A stretch of 64,000 nt of DNA from assembly GCA_030141605.1 (NCBI GenBank), contig JAQGDQ010000502.1, positions 62,001 to 126,000 of the forward strand, in the 5' to 3' direction. Position numbers and translations under genes: made by a program. Positions 12,401 to 24,400 of the stretch are shown here, piece after piece. The notes under the pieces were generated by a model. It was not told where the DNA came from. It ran no database searches and saw only the letters and a program-made list of their open reading frames with translations. Position 1 is the first letter of the stretch; each line of letters begins with the position of its first letter. Source of the stretch: Tubiluchus corallicola (lineage: Eukaryota > Animalia > Priapulida).

Positions 12401-15400
12401 AAACAATGTGGACCTGTGCCTTACCGTGCATCGCAATGTGGTTCAGTAGCTGACAGACTCCAAGAACGTAACAATATTGAAACAGTTGAGGGCAGACACT
12501 TTAAACACTTACAAGACTGAAGCGTGTCTTTTTTTTCGAATATTCTCACTGCAGTAATAAATGGTAATGGCTTCTGTCAACCTGCTTTTGCGTCACCATA
12601 GAAAATAACGTTGTTCCATCTTGTAGATTTGACAACTACGATGCTAATATATGCGTGGGAAAAGGAGTGGTCAACTTAGGGCTTTGGGACACTGCAGGTC
12701 AGGATGAATATGACAGGCTAAGACCATTGGCTTATCCGCAAACAGTGAGTTCATCTTGCTGTGTTTTTCAAAGGGATGTTTGCAGTACGTAGTGCTAAAA
12801 AATGTTTGCACAGCTCTAGTATCACTATCTTTAATATTTACAATCTTAGAGCGTTCACTCCAATAAATACAGTAAAAAGCCCATACTCCAAAGTCTAAGC
12901 TGTTTTGTGGACTACATTTTAAAAGAACTCTTCTTTAGATTTATAGCAATATATTAAAATATTAAAATAATTTAAAATATTTAAATTACAAAACATTAAC
13001 TAATTACAAATTATAATCCAGCGCACCATGTAATCAATGAGCGCCTTTACTTGCCTGTAATTAAATCCGCACTTCTGTAACACTTAAAGCATAAGAAAAC
13101 CCTCCACTTACACACTGCCTTTTTGCATACAGGGCTTACGTCAGCAGTAACGCTGTATAAAACTTGTAAATTCAAACTCCCGCGATGACCGTTAGGCGCA
13201 GCCATTTTAATAGTAAGTCATTTCAAACAAGTTTGGATAACATTGCCTAAAGTTTGAAAAAATAGCGCACACATCATTCGTAGCGCACACACGTCAATAA
13301 CTAAGTTAAATTTTAAATTACTATATCTTCTCAACAAGATTTAAATAACTAATAATTTTCTTTTATAGTCATGTAAGTCTTTCAAATTTAACTGGAATTT
13401 TCTTCAGGTACCCTTTTTCTTGTCTTTTAAGCTCATAGTATGTGTAAGAGGCATTTGCTATGTTAAGACCAGGAACCTCCAACAGCTTAGTAGCGACTGA
13501 TGTATATTAATACTTAAGGGTTAGCAGTCAATAACCTCCACATGATGGTTTAATGAGATGTACGCTCATTACCCTATCAACATGTTTTGGCAGTAAGAAA
13601 CATGAACTGCTCCATTATTTGGACTAATGAGCATCCAGCTGCTTGCCAGAACTGCGAGATGATGGCTAAAATTAGTATACCTAATTTAGTACAAGAAATT
13701 GTATATACGGTGCAGCAGCAGTAACCGTCACTGTTAGATTTGGATTCGACTCGTATGCCTAACCTCCGTGTACCACTCTCTGCCAGGATTCTCCTCGGTG
13801 TCCAAGACGTGTCCATTAAACTCAAAATCACTGGCTATATCCAAGAAAAAGTAAGACAATGCCAATTAAGTAGATTTAAAAAACCAGCTCATTCCAATGA
13901 TGTTAACTTCTTTAATTCCAATTTTGTATATTCACGTCCCCAATAACTAAAAAAAGTTTCTTTAATTATAAATTCATAACTCATTCGTAAATTAAAACGG
14001 TGATCTACAACTAATTTTTGTTACGTATTATATATGCATGTAATATGTTTATTGTGAAATTGATGTAAATTTTGTCTTTATTATTATGTATTATGTATTG
14101 GATATATGTATGATATGTATATTGTAATAAATTGCTGTAAACTTCGTCTTAAGTTTATTATGTACTTTGCTTATATTGTCCCTATATATTATATTATGTA
14201 CCTATTGTACCTATGTTTATAAATGAGTATTTCTAGTTGTTTCTAGTTGTAGTTTTATGCACAGTAATTTATAGTTTTACACCGGACGTTTTAATAATTA
14301 TTAATTATTTTTGACACCAAGGACGTCATTTGTAATCCATTTTATTATATATATTATATATATATAAATATATAATCAAGAAAATATTTCAACGCCAAAA
14401 AACCAATAGTACCAACATTTATTATTCTAAATTGATTTCCCGCAATTTTTATTGCCATTCTTATGGCAGATCTTTTTCTGGTTATAGAATCTAGCTGCTA
14501 CTAATATTTTTAATATCTATAACCACAAAACCATGCCTGCAGACGTATTTTGTCGAAAAAAACGAGAAACAACTATTCTGATGCATTGGTATGACCACCG
14601 TGTTTTGCAGTTTTATTGGAGTTAATGCGCCCTTCAAAGGAACTTTGTTTTTGTTCATGTTTAAAATAATCATTGTCGTGTGTGATAGACTGCACATCTT
14701 GAATGCAAGTCTCTATTTGTTGAACAAGATGTTTGTTATCCAATTTGAGCTTAAATTATATTATTCCATGTAGCATTATTCTTTTGCATACTGAACTCTA
14801 CTTAGCCTTCTCTTCAATAGTAGTACCCTTCTAAACTACGACCAAAATATTGATATTTTTCAAACATTCATAAAAACACTGGTCAGTTTGTTCAATAGTG
14901 CCGCGAGCTTATGTTTTTGCATATTAGTACCTACCATAGCAATACTTTGTGCTTATGAATGTATGTAAATGGCACGGTAAAAATGTCACAGGAAAGAATG
15001 ACACAAACGGAAAAGCAGGTAAAAATGGCATACTTAATGACATGTGAGTTTAGGCTTAGCATTACTGGGATAATCGTTTTAGTTATTTTTAGTTGTTTCA
15101 GTTCCTCTGCCATGGGAGTTATGTTTCAACACAGCTTGCTTGTTTGCTTGTTTGGTTGGTTGTTTTTTGTCTGTTACATCAGTAAGGATATTTGCGCAAC
15201 AACTACCTAATAGATTTTCGTAAAACATTGTGGACAAGGCGGGTATTGAGTTCGGTGCTGTTGCGTTCTAAAAAAACTTGGTCGTCCCACCCCCTGTCCA
15301 TCGCCACTGCCCACGATGCATCATCCCTCAAATCTAGAGTTGTATTTACTAAACCTTTTTGCAGTATATCTATATACGTCAATAGCTGACCCCCTCTCGG

Positions 15401-18400
15401 CCTTTTTGTCGTTTTAAGAGTTTTACGTAATGTTATAGGAAGAGGAGACTCTTGAGGTAATCTTAGTGCATGCGCAAACCAATGCAATCGTTTTACTTTT
15501 ATTTGTTTACTCCAAGAATTCTTCTTTACCACATTATACAGGTCATCATTGAATATTCTGTCAGGCCATTAAATTGCTAGTAATTTCCTACAGAGACGTC
15601 TTTGAAAAGCGTCAATTTGTTTCTGCTACATAAATGGGAATCTGTTCGCCACTTGATTTTCGCAAAACTTGACCGAACTCCAGGTACAAAAAACATTCGC
15701 GAAGCACTTCATGGGCGTCTCAGAGGGATATTTGCTTGTTTAGTACTTATTTTTTGTTATCTTCGCCTGGACAAACAACATACTACGAGTTAGTTCCAGT
15801 TCCATTTAGAGAGATTCTCGCTTGTAAAACTTTGTACGGCTGTCTATTACCTTTGCTTATTAATTTGTATAGCCTTATAAGGTGACTTGGTATGTGAATA
15901 CGTATAATATTTGTCAGTCTATTACCATCGACAAAATTAATGGTGAAGAGGTAGATAAACACTATGTGGAACATACGTGCACTATTGATTATAAATGTAT
16001 ATAATGAACAAATATTTTGTGAGACTTTTGCTAGTCTATATAATACCAATACAGGCACATTTTTGTATGTTTGTTTTTTATCTTTGTGTTAAATTTTTTA
16101 TTCAAAAGAATCAGACAAATAAATTTAGGACTGTTAAGCTTTGACAGAGATCTACTTCCTACTGAGGTCTGTATTCTAACTTTACTATAGAAATTAATTG
16201 CATCAGTATAACATTTATGCCATTTTTCTACTTTTCCATGTGTGCCAATTTTTTCTGTGCAATGTTTACCATGCTATTTTTTCCTGTGCCATTGTTACCG
16301 TGTCATTTTCTCCTGTGCCATTTTTACCTGCGCACATCGTTATGTTTATACATGTCATCTAGTAATAGTTGTTACAGTGCCTGTATGCTAGTGTTTTGGA
16401 TATAAGCACGTGGTGCCTCCTGGTGTTTGTTTTCCCTAGTTTAGACAGGTGAGCTAGGTCAGGAAATAGGCCATTGGCCTCATTTCACAGTTAGAATATG
16501 AAAGTAGTGTGTCACCGGTATGCGGCAAAGATTTAAGTTTCATTTCTTCACATTTCGTCATGTCATATTATTGTTAATTATCATTATACCATTTACTTAA
16601 TGTTTTGACGTTGGTTTAGCAGAAAGAATTTTTAATTTTTCTTCAGATAAAACGAAGTCGAACGCATGTCGCGTACAGTTTTATATCTCAGTCCGTGTGC
16701 CTAGACGAGACGGCCATATTACTTTCGAGAACAGAACACCTGGACAAGGCTAGTACAGCATGGCTTCCGGGCAAGGACAATATTTGTTGAATCTAAATGA
16801 AGAACAGCTTCAGCAAAAAACCGTACAAGAGTTAAGAAAGTTGCTACGGGATAAGGGATTACAAGTCGCTGGAAGCAAAGCAGAATTAGTCCAACGAGTA
16901 CTGGACATCGAGATTACTGCAGAGGTAACCACGCCTACTTCAAAGAGTGAGAGTGTTAAGACGCCTCGTGACCAATCAGGCGAGGGGGGAGTGACGCAAA
17001 AGGACAAAACCACGCCCAGCAGTGTGAAGACTTCTGCAACAAACTTAAGCAGGCTTGATTTGCATGCCTTGAAAATTAAAGAACAGAAACTAAAATTACA
17101 AGCCATGGAAATCAAACATTTGCGCATGCAAAAGGCTAGTCAGGGGTCTGCTAGTTCAGATGTGGTTTCGCCTGTAGCCAAAGAAATGTCAAGTGCAGAA
17201 AAGGTCAATGAGTGGATTGAAAAGTCACACAAAGATGTCACAGAAGTCTCGTCACCTGAAGGGCTCATCAAACCCGAAGCTTACGTTACTATGGCTACCA
17301 ATGATAAATACGCCATAGGTGCTTTAGTATTGGCTTCTTCGCTACGTAATGTTGGTATTACACGTAGTTTAGCGATATTAATTACAACTGGAATTTCTAA
17401 ACCCGTTATGACGCAGCTAAGCGCCGCCTTTGACCACGTGGAGCTTGTGGAAGCTATTGACAGTTCAGATGTAAAAAGTCTGCAATTACTAGGGCGGCCC
17501 GAATTAAAGGTGACTTTTACAAAACTGCATTGTTGGAGGCTAACTCAGTTCTCAAAATGTGTATTTTTGGATTCTGATGTAATTGTGCTGCAAAACATAG
17601 ACGATTTATTTAGCTGGAACGAACTGTCAGCAGTTGCAGATACAGGCTGGCCTGATTGTTTTAATAGCGGACTTTTCGTTTTTGAACCTAATCTTGCCAC
17701 GTACAGTGAATTGAGGTCATTCGCTCAGTCAGATTCAAGCACATTCGACGGTGGAGATCAAGGTCTACTAAACCAGTATTTTAAAGCCTGGAATACAGCT
17801 TTTGATAAACGATTGCCATACAGGTATAATGTAGCAGTTAAAGGGACTTATGGGTATTTACCAGCTGTGAAGCAGTTTCGAGAAAGTGTCAAGGTTGCTC
17901 ATTTCATGGGTCCTAGTAAGCCCTGGGACAGTATACGCAGCATTTATCACAAGCAAGTGGCGCCAGCTACAGGTGAAACAGACTTTGAATCTGAAATGTT
18001 AAATATTTGGTGGTCACTTTACATTCATGAGGTCGAACCAAACTGGCCTCATGAATTAGAACTAATAAATAAAGCTAATGTTCAGCAGCACATTCCTACC
18101 CGAACAAAACTCAGTCCTGACGCACCTGAATTTGCCACTCGCATACATAACAGGAGCAGTGTTCAACAGGCTTCGTTACCTGAACAAGCTTCACACAATG
18201 CATTTAGCGGAAACACACTTTCGCGCTCGCCTCCCACAAATAATTTTGGCGACAATAAGCAATTAATGGATCTCATTTTGGAAGGTCAGCGGCAGCATTT
18301 AAATATGTATTGTGCGATGCAACTGCCAAATGTGGAGCTAGAGAAATATGACGGAAATATTATGAATCTCTGGCGCTTTATTCGTCGGTTCGAGACTTCG

Positions 18401-21400
18401 GTAGAAAATTATACACATGATGACGGGGCGAGATATACCAGGCTTTTACAATTTTGCACGGGCGAAGCAAAACGGGTTGTCGAAAGTTGCAGTTATATGG
18501 ATCCGCAGATCGCATACAGTCATGCTAAGCAAATGCTTATCGAACGTTTCGGGTCACCCTTTATTGTAACGCAAGCGTGGTTGGCTAAAATAAATGAGTT
18601 TGCAGTCATAAAAAATAATGAAAAAGAAAAACTCAGGGAATTTTCTGACTTGTTGATTGGTTGTGTAGAGACATTAAAGGCCATGGACAATTTAGCCGAA
18701 ATAAATACACAGACAAGTTTGCTTCAAGTCATTAAGAAACTTCCATTCCGTTTGCAAGATAAATGGAGAGACGTTGTTACCAAGTTAAATAAACATGATG
18801 GCAGAAATCCTACAATTTACGACGTGGTGGGATTTGTCAAAGAGGCGGCTGAAAAAATGAACCATCCTGTGTTTGGTGACCTTGCAACCGGTGGTCAAAC
18901 GAACATTACAAAACGCAACAATAAATTAGCAACTAGAAATTTCGCATGCACTACCTTTCGAACAAGAAGTTCATCCAGAGAAGAAAAATCGAGTCAAACA
19001 GGCGGAACGTCTAAGGATAGAAAATTAAGCAGTAGAGATGTCAGAAAATGTGTGTTCTGCAACTCAGCCGAGCATGTTTCTCTAAAAAACTGTGAACAGT
19101 TTACAGACAAGTCGGATGAAGAGAGACTACAGCTTGCTCGGAAAAGTCGTTTATGTTTTAACTGCTTACAGAAAGGGAACCACAGAGCTGGAAGCTGTTA
19201 CAAACCAGGTTGTACAAGACAGGGATGCAGAAGAAAACATTCTGCTCTGCTTCATGATGCTCTGGAGAAGTGGGCTCCTTCCAATGACGAGAGGTCAACA
19301 AATGTTGAAGCAACAAGTTGCGCTGTTACTACAACCAAACTGTCAACAAGGGCTGTGCTCCCCATCACTCCTGTTAAGGTACAGGTGCAAGGCGGACGTC
19401 CAATTCAGACAATGGCTTTGTTGGATCCAGGATCAACTAATACGTTCTGTTCCAAGGCCATATATGATGAGCTGGGAGCTGTTGGCAAGAAACAAGTCGT
19501 GTCACTGACTACAATTGAAAAGAAGCATTCAAAAATAAATACTTCTGTGACCGAGTTGTACGTCAGTAAGTTGGATGGATCAAACAAAATGAAACTTCCC
19601 TTTGTCTTTGTCAGGCCATCTTTGACGTTGGATGTTGACTATTTGGTAGACGAACAAGACATTAGTAACTGGCCTCATCTCAAAGATGTTCCTTTGATGC
19701 TAGCTGATTCACGCGAACTGCAGCTCGGGTTAATCATAGGACAGGACGTCTCTGATGCATTGATGCCTTTAGAAACACGCTGTGGGCCAAAAGGAGCTCC
19801 GTATGCAACAAGGACTAGACTTGGATGGACATTAAATGGCCTGATAGGAGGCGGCAATGAGGACGCTAAAAGGCTGTCAAACAACCTTCTTCAGGCAGAA
19901 CAGGTTGCCAGCCAGTCTGATCAATTACAGCGACAAGTCGAAAAACTTGGAAAATGGACGCTGTTGGCGATAGCATACAGTACTCCCGTGACGATAAGAT
20001 GGCGCTGCGTATTTGGGAGAAATCCATCACCAAAAGAAATGGTCACTACGAATTGGAGATACCTTTTAAGTCTAGTGATGACAACATTCCTGACAGTTTT
20101 CAAATGGCTTCAAAGAGGTTGGCAAGCCTTCGCTGTAGACTCAGCAAGAATAAGTTGTTGCATGAAAAATACACCCAAGCCATGGCTGATCTGCTCGAAA
20201 AGGGATACGCAGAAGAAGTTGTTGAACATGATACGAATGTTGCAACATGGTACTTGCCACATTTTCCAGTTTTTAACGAGAACAAACCCGAAAAAACTAG
20301 GATCGTATTTGATTGTTCGGCAACAGAAGACGCAGTCTCTCTCAACATGTTGGCAGTACAAGGTCCAGATCTGACTAATAAATTGCTTGGTGTCCTGCTA
20401 CGCTTTCGAGAGTATCCAGTAGTAATCATGGCTGATGTTCGTGAGATGTTTCACCAGGTGTACGTTGCACCGAAGAATAGGGACATGTTGAGATTTCTCT
20501 GGTGGAAGGATGGAAACCTAGATGCTCCACCCTCAATATTTCGAATGACAGTCCACCTTTTCGGCGGTGTGTGGTCGCCCAGCGTAGCTTCATTTGCTCT
20601 CCAACAGACAGCTAGAGATAACGTCAACTGTTTTGATGAGCATACATTAAATACGGTGTTACATAGCCTCTATGTCGACGACCTCCTTAAATCTGTGGAA
20701 ACTGCAAAAGAAGCAATCCTTTTGATGTCAAAATTAACACAGATTCTAGACACTGGAGGTTTCCACTTGACCAAATGGATAAGTAACGACAGAGACGTAT
20801 TAGCATGTGTGCCAATTGAAGAACGAGGAAAAAACATTAAGAACCTTGATCTAACCCAGGACGATCTACCAAATGAACGAGCCTTAGGAGTTAAATGGGA
20901 TGTCAAAAGCGATATGCTTGGCATTCAGGTTAAGCTGCGAAAAAAGCCAAGCACCAAGCGGGGACTACTTAGTTCATTAGCAAGCACCTATGATCCCCTA
21001 GGCATGGTCTCGCCTTTCATTTTACAAGCGAAAAGACTGTTTCAGAACGAATGCCGGATCCATGAAAAATCATGGGATGATAGACTGGAAGGAGAGACTG
21101 AGAAAAGTTGGGATAAATGGAAATCTGATTGTCCTGCGCTAGAATACTTTACTCTAGACAGATGCCTGAAGCCAAGAGACTTTGGAAGAATTGCAGTCTT
21201 GCAGCTGCATCACTTCAGCGATGCATCCCAGTATGCTTATGGCACTGTGACTTATGCTCGGATGGAAAATGCTGACGGAGTTGTACACACAGCATTTGTA
21301 ATGGCAAAGTCTAGGCTAGCACCTATAAAAGGCCTAACCATACCACGCCTTGAGTTGTGCGCAGCAGTATTAGCCTCAACTGTCGACAAACAACTGAGAA

Positions 21401-24400
21401 GAGAATTGTCCATACCCATCAGCGAGTCCGTGTTTTGGTGTGACAGCACTATAGTGCTTCAATACATACGCAACACCACAAGACGTTTCCATACTTTCGT
21501 GCAAAATAGAGTGACTACCATACTAGAAAGTTCGTCGCCTGTTCAGTGGCATTACATCAGTACCGCAGATAATCCAGCTGATGACGTATCCCGCGGAATG
21601 GACGCCAATGCCTTAGTAAAATCTCAGCGTTGGAAATATGGTCCTAGTTTTCTGCGAAAAGGCCAACATGAATGGCCGCAGCATGATCCGAGCAAAGTAA
21701 ACGATGAACTTAACGACGATAAAGAAGTCAAGCAGACGACATGTTCCACTACTGTAAAAGATATACAGGATAGAAACGACACAATTAGCAAGCTCATTGA
21801 ACATTTTTCGTCATTTTACAAGCTCAAGAAAGCAGCAGCTTGGATTCTTCGTCTGAAGGACATTTTGCAAAAGAAGATCAGAGGAGAAAAACCTGAAGTA
21901 CCTCCAAAGTTAACAGTGCAAGAGCTGACAAGAGCCCAAGATGCATTAGTAAAATTCGTTCAGACTCAGAACTTTGACATCGAATATAGGGCGCTTACAC
22001 AAAAATCTGCTAAATTGATGCGCATCCCTAGATCAAGCAGGTTACGAAAACTTGATCCGTTCATTTGCGAGAAGGGTTTGCTACGTGTTGGTGGACGACT
22101 GAAGAATGCATGTCTGCAGGAAGGCGCCAGGCACCCATTGATATTACCGAAAAGGCATAAGCTGTCAGAGCTAATCATTCGTCATTACCACGAAACGAAC
22201 GGACACATTGGCAGGGAACATGTCATAGCTTTAGTAAGAAATGAATTTTGGATAATTCATGCACGAGCCTTGGCACGCAAAGTCCTGTACGAATGCCGAC
22301 ATTGCAGGATCCGCAAGCCATCTTTCCTTGATCAAAAGATGGCAGATTTGCCTATTGACAGACTACAGCCATCAGACGCTTTTACCACTATTGGCATTGA
22401 TTGTTTTGGCCCGATAGAGACCAAGAGAGGCCGCTCACACATTAAACGCTATGGAGTCATCTTTACATGCCTAGCTACACGCAGTGTTCACTTGGAAGTC
22501 CTATTTGACATGTCTACTGATTCGGTTATAAAGGCGATCCACAGATTTTGCTGCCGCCGAAGGAAGCCAGACAAAATCAGGTCAGATTGTGGGACTAATT
22601 TTGTAGGAGCAAGCAGAGAGCTGAGAAAGTCTATAGCCGAGTGGAACAATGACGTCATACATTCAGAGCTTCTTCAGCGGCAAATAGAATGGGAATTCAA
22701 CCCACCAAGAGCCCCACACATGGGAGGTGTTTGGGAGTCTCTCATTAAGAGTGTGAAGAAGATTCTAAACTCTCTTTCCAACGAACAAACCTTGGATGAT
22801 GAAGGCTTGGCAACCCTGTTTTGCATAGTTGAAAATATAGTTAATAGCAGACCGCTAACTACAGTTTCTGACGATGTTGATGACTTCAATCCGTTGACTC
22901 CGAATCACTTTCTTCAGATGAGCGCAGTTCCAAACCTGCCTTTGGGAAAGTTTTGTCAGGCAGATCTCTTTCGACGAAAGTGGAGACAAATACAGTATCT
23001 CTCGGATATCTTTTGGCGCAGATGGTTGACTGAATATTTGCCCACTCTTCAGACTCGAAGCAAATGGAACAAGGAGCAGAAGAATGTTGAAATAGGAGAC
23101 ATCGTATTAGTTCTGGATGAGACACCAAGGAATCACTGGATGCTAGGACGGATCATTGAAGCACGGAAAAGCAGTGATGGACTAGTGAGAAGTGTGACAT
23201 TGAAGACTAGAGATGGGACTCTAAAACGACCAATTCATAAAATAAGTTTAATCGAATGTAATAATTAGTTGATTTTGTTAAGCATTCATAAGCTGTATGT
23301 TTAAGTTAAATTCTGAAGTAGAAGTATGTCAATTTAGTCAGTCATGATATGTTATTACACTGTTGGTTTCCTTTAATTTTGTAAATGCTGCAGGAGAGCA
23401 TTTAAGGAGGCGGTGTTTTGGATATAAGCACGTGGTGCCTCCTGGTGTTTGTTTTCCCTAGTTTAGACAGGTGAGCTAGGTCAGGAAATAGGCCATTGGC
23501 CTCATTTCACAGTTAGAATATGAAAGTAGTGTGTCACCGGTATGCGGCAAAGATGTAAGTTTCATTTCTTCACATTTCGTCATGTCATATTATTGTTAAT
23601 TATCATTATACCATTTACTTAATGTTTTGACGTTGGTTTAGCAGAAAGAATTTTTAATTTTTCTTCAGATAAAACGAAGTCGAACGCATGTCGCGTACAG
23701 CTAGTGCGTCTTCCTGAAGGCTCTTTATCAGTGCAAACTGTGGCCAAAGGTTGTTTGTTTTTGATAATAAAAATACGGTTATAAAATAAAGATGATCGTG
23801 TTTCAGTGTCAAATAACGAGCATTATACGTCGTAGGTTTTCGTACAGTCTGCACCACTCTGGGCACTCGACTGTTGTGGAGTGTCCTGCAGCAACCACAC
23901 CCAACAGCAGAACTTATTCAACGTGGATCATTGTAGCAAAACCAGAACTTTCTCGTTGTCTAAAGTGAGACACTGGATCAGCAGAGGTGTTTCAGTCACG
24001 TTCAATATGTTCACGTTTATGGCAGAGCGAGAACATCTGGAACGGCTATTTTTAGACCTGGCAGTTATCCATCCTAGTGCTGACTAGGCAGGAGGTTGTT
24101 TAACTTGAATACAGCAGACAGTTATCACTTAACTATTTACCATAAAAGTATATCAGTTGTTACAAAATACAAAGCAGGTTCTTTAATTTTCTTACTTTCG
24201 TTCTCTAGGATGTGTTCTTAATATGCTTCAGTCTCGTCAGTCCCACCTCTTATGCAAATGTTCTCCACAAGGTAAGAGAGGCATTATTTATTTTAAAATT
24301 TGTCAGTATACAAGCTAGACAAATTTGTGTCACGCACACCAGTGTGCATTGTAAGCCAGCTAAACAGTCTGTTCAATTCATCTCTGTTGCATGTTTCTGC

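Larger units (their letters stand above)
16392..23699 (+). mobile_element. Full-length BEL/Pao LTR retrotransposon with a glycogenin domain in Gag, inserted in sense orientation in GTPase intron 3
   Basis: TG...CA LTRs at 16392-16677 and 23414-23699, 5-bp TSD GCTAG (16387-16391, 23700-23704), purine tract AAGGAGGCGG at 23404-23413, and domain order Gag-PR-RT-RNaseH-IN with BEL/Pao motifs. Confidence 0.96.

Noticed and set aside
17276-18045. The glycogenin sequence as a host gene merely overlapped by a transposon
   Set aside because: It has no introns and no glycogenin C-terminus or stop of its own, is in frame with Gag on both sides, and lies between matched LTRs with a TSD.
19935-19960. Programmed -1 ribosomal frameshift between Gag-PR and Pol
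   Set aside because: There is no in-frame X XXY YYZ slippery heptamer, and a single inserted T restores the expected Trp motif. Not fully excluded without other copies.
19949-20374. Last ~140 aa of the 1204-aa ORF as a real domain
   Set aside because: It is out-of-frame read-through overlapping the RT coding sequence.
20100-23128. Antisense ORFs within Pol (and similar ones within TMX3 and element 2)
   Set aside because: They are shadows of long coding frames, with no independent motifs.
23269-23413. env-like gene in element 1
   Set aside because: Only ~145 bp separate the Pol stop from the 3' LTR.
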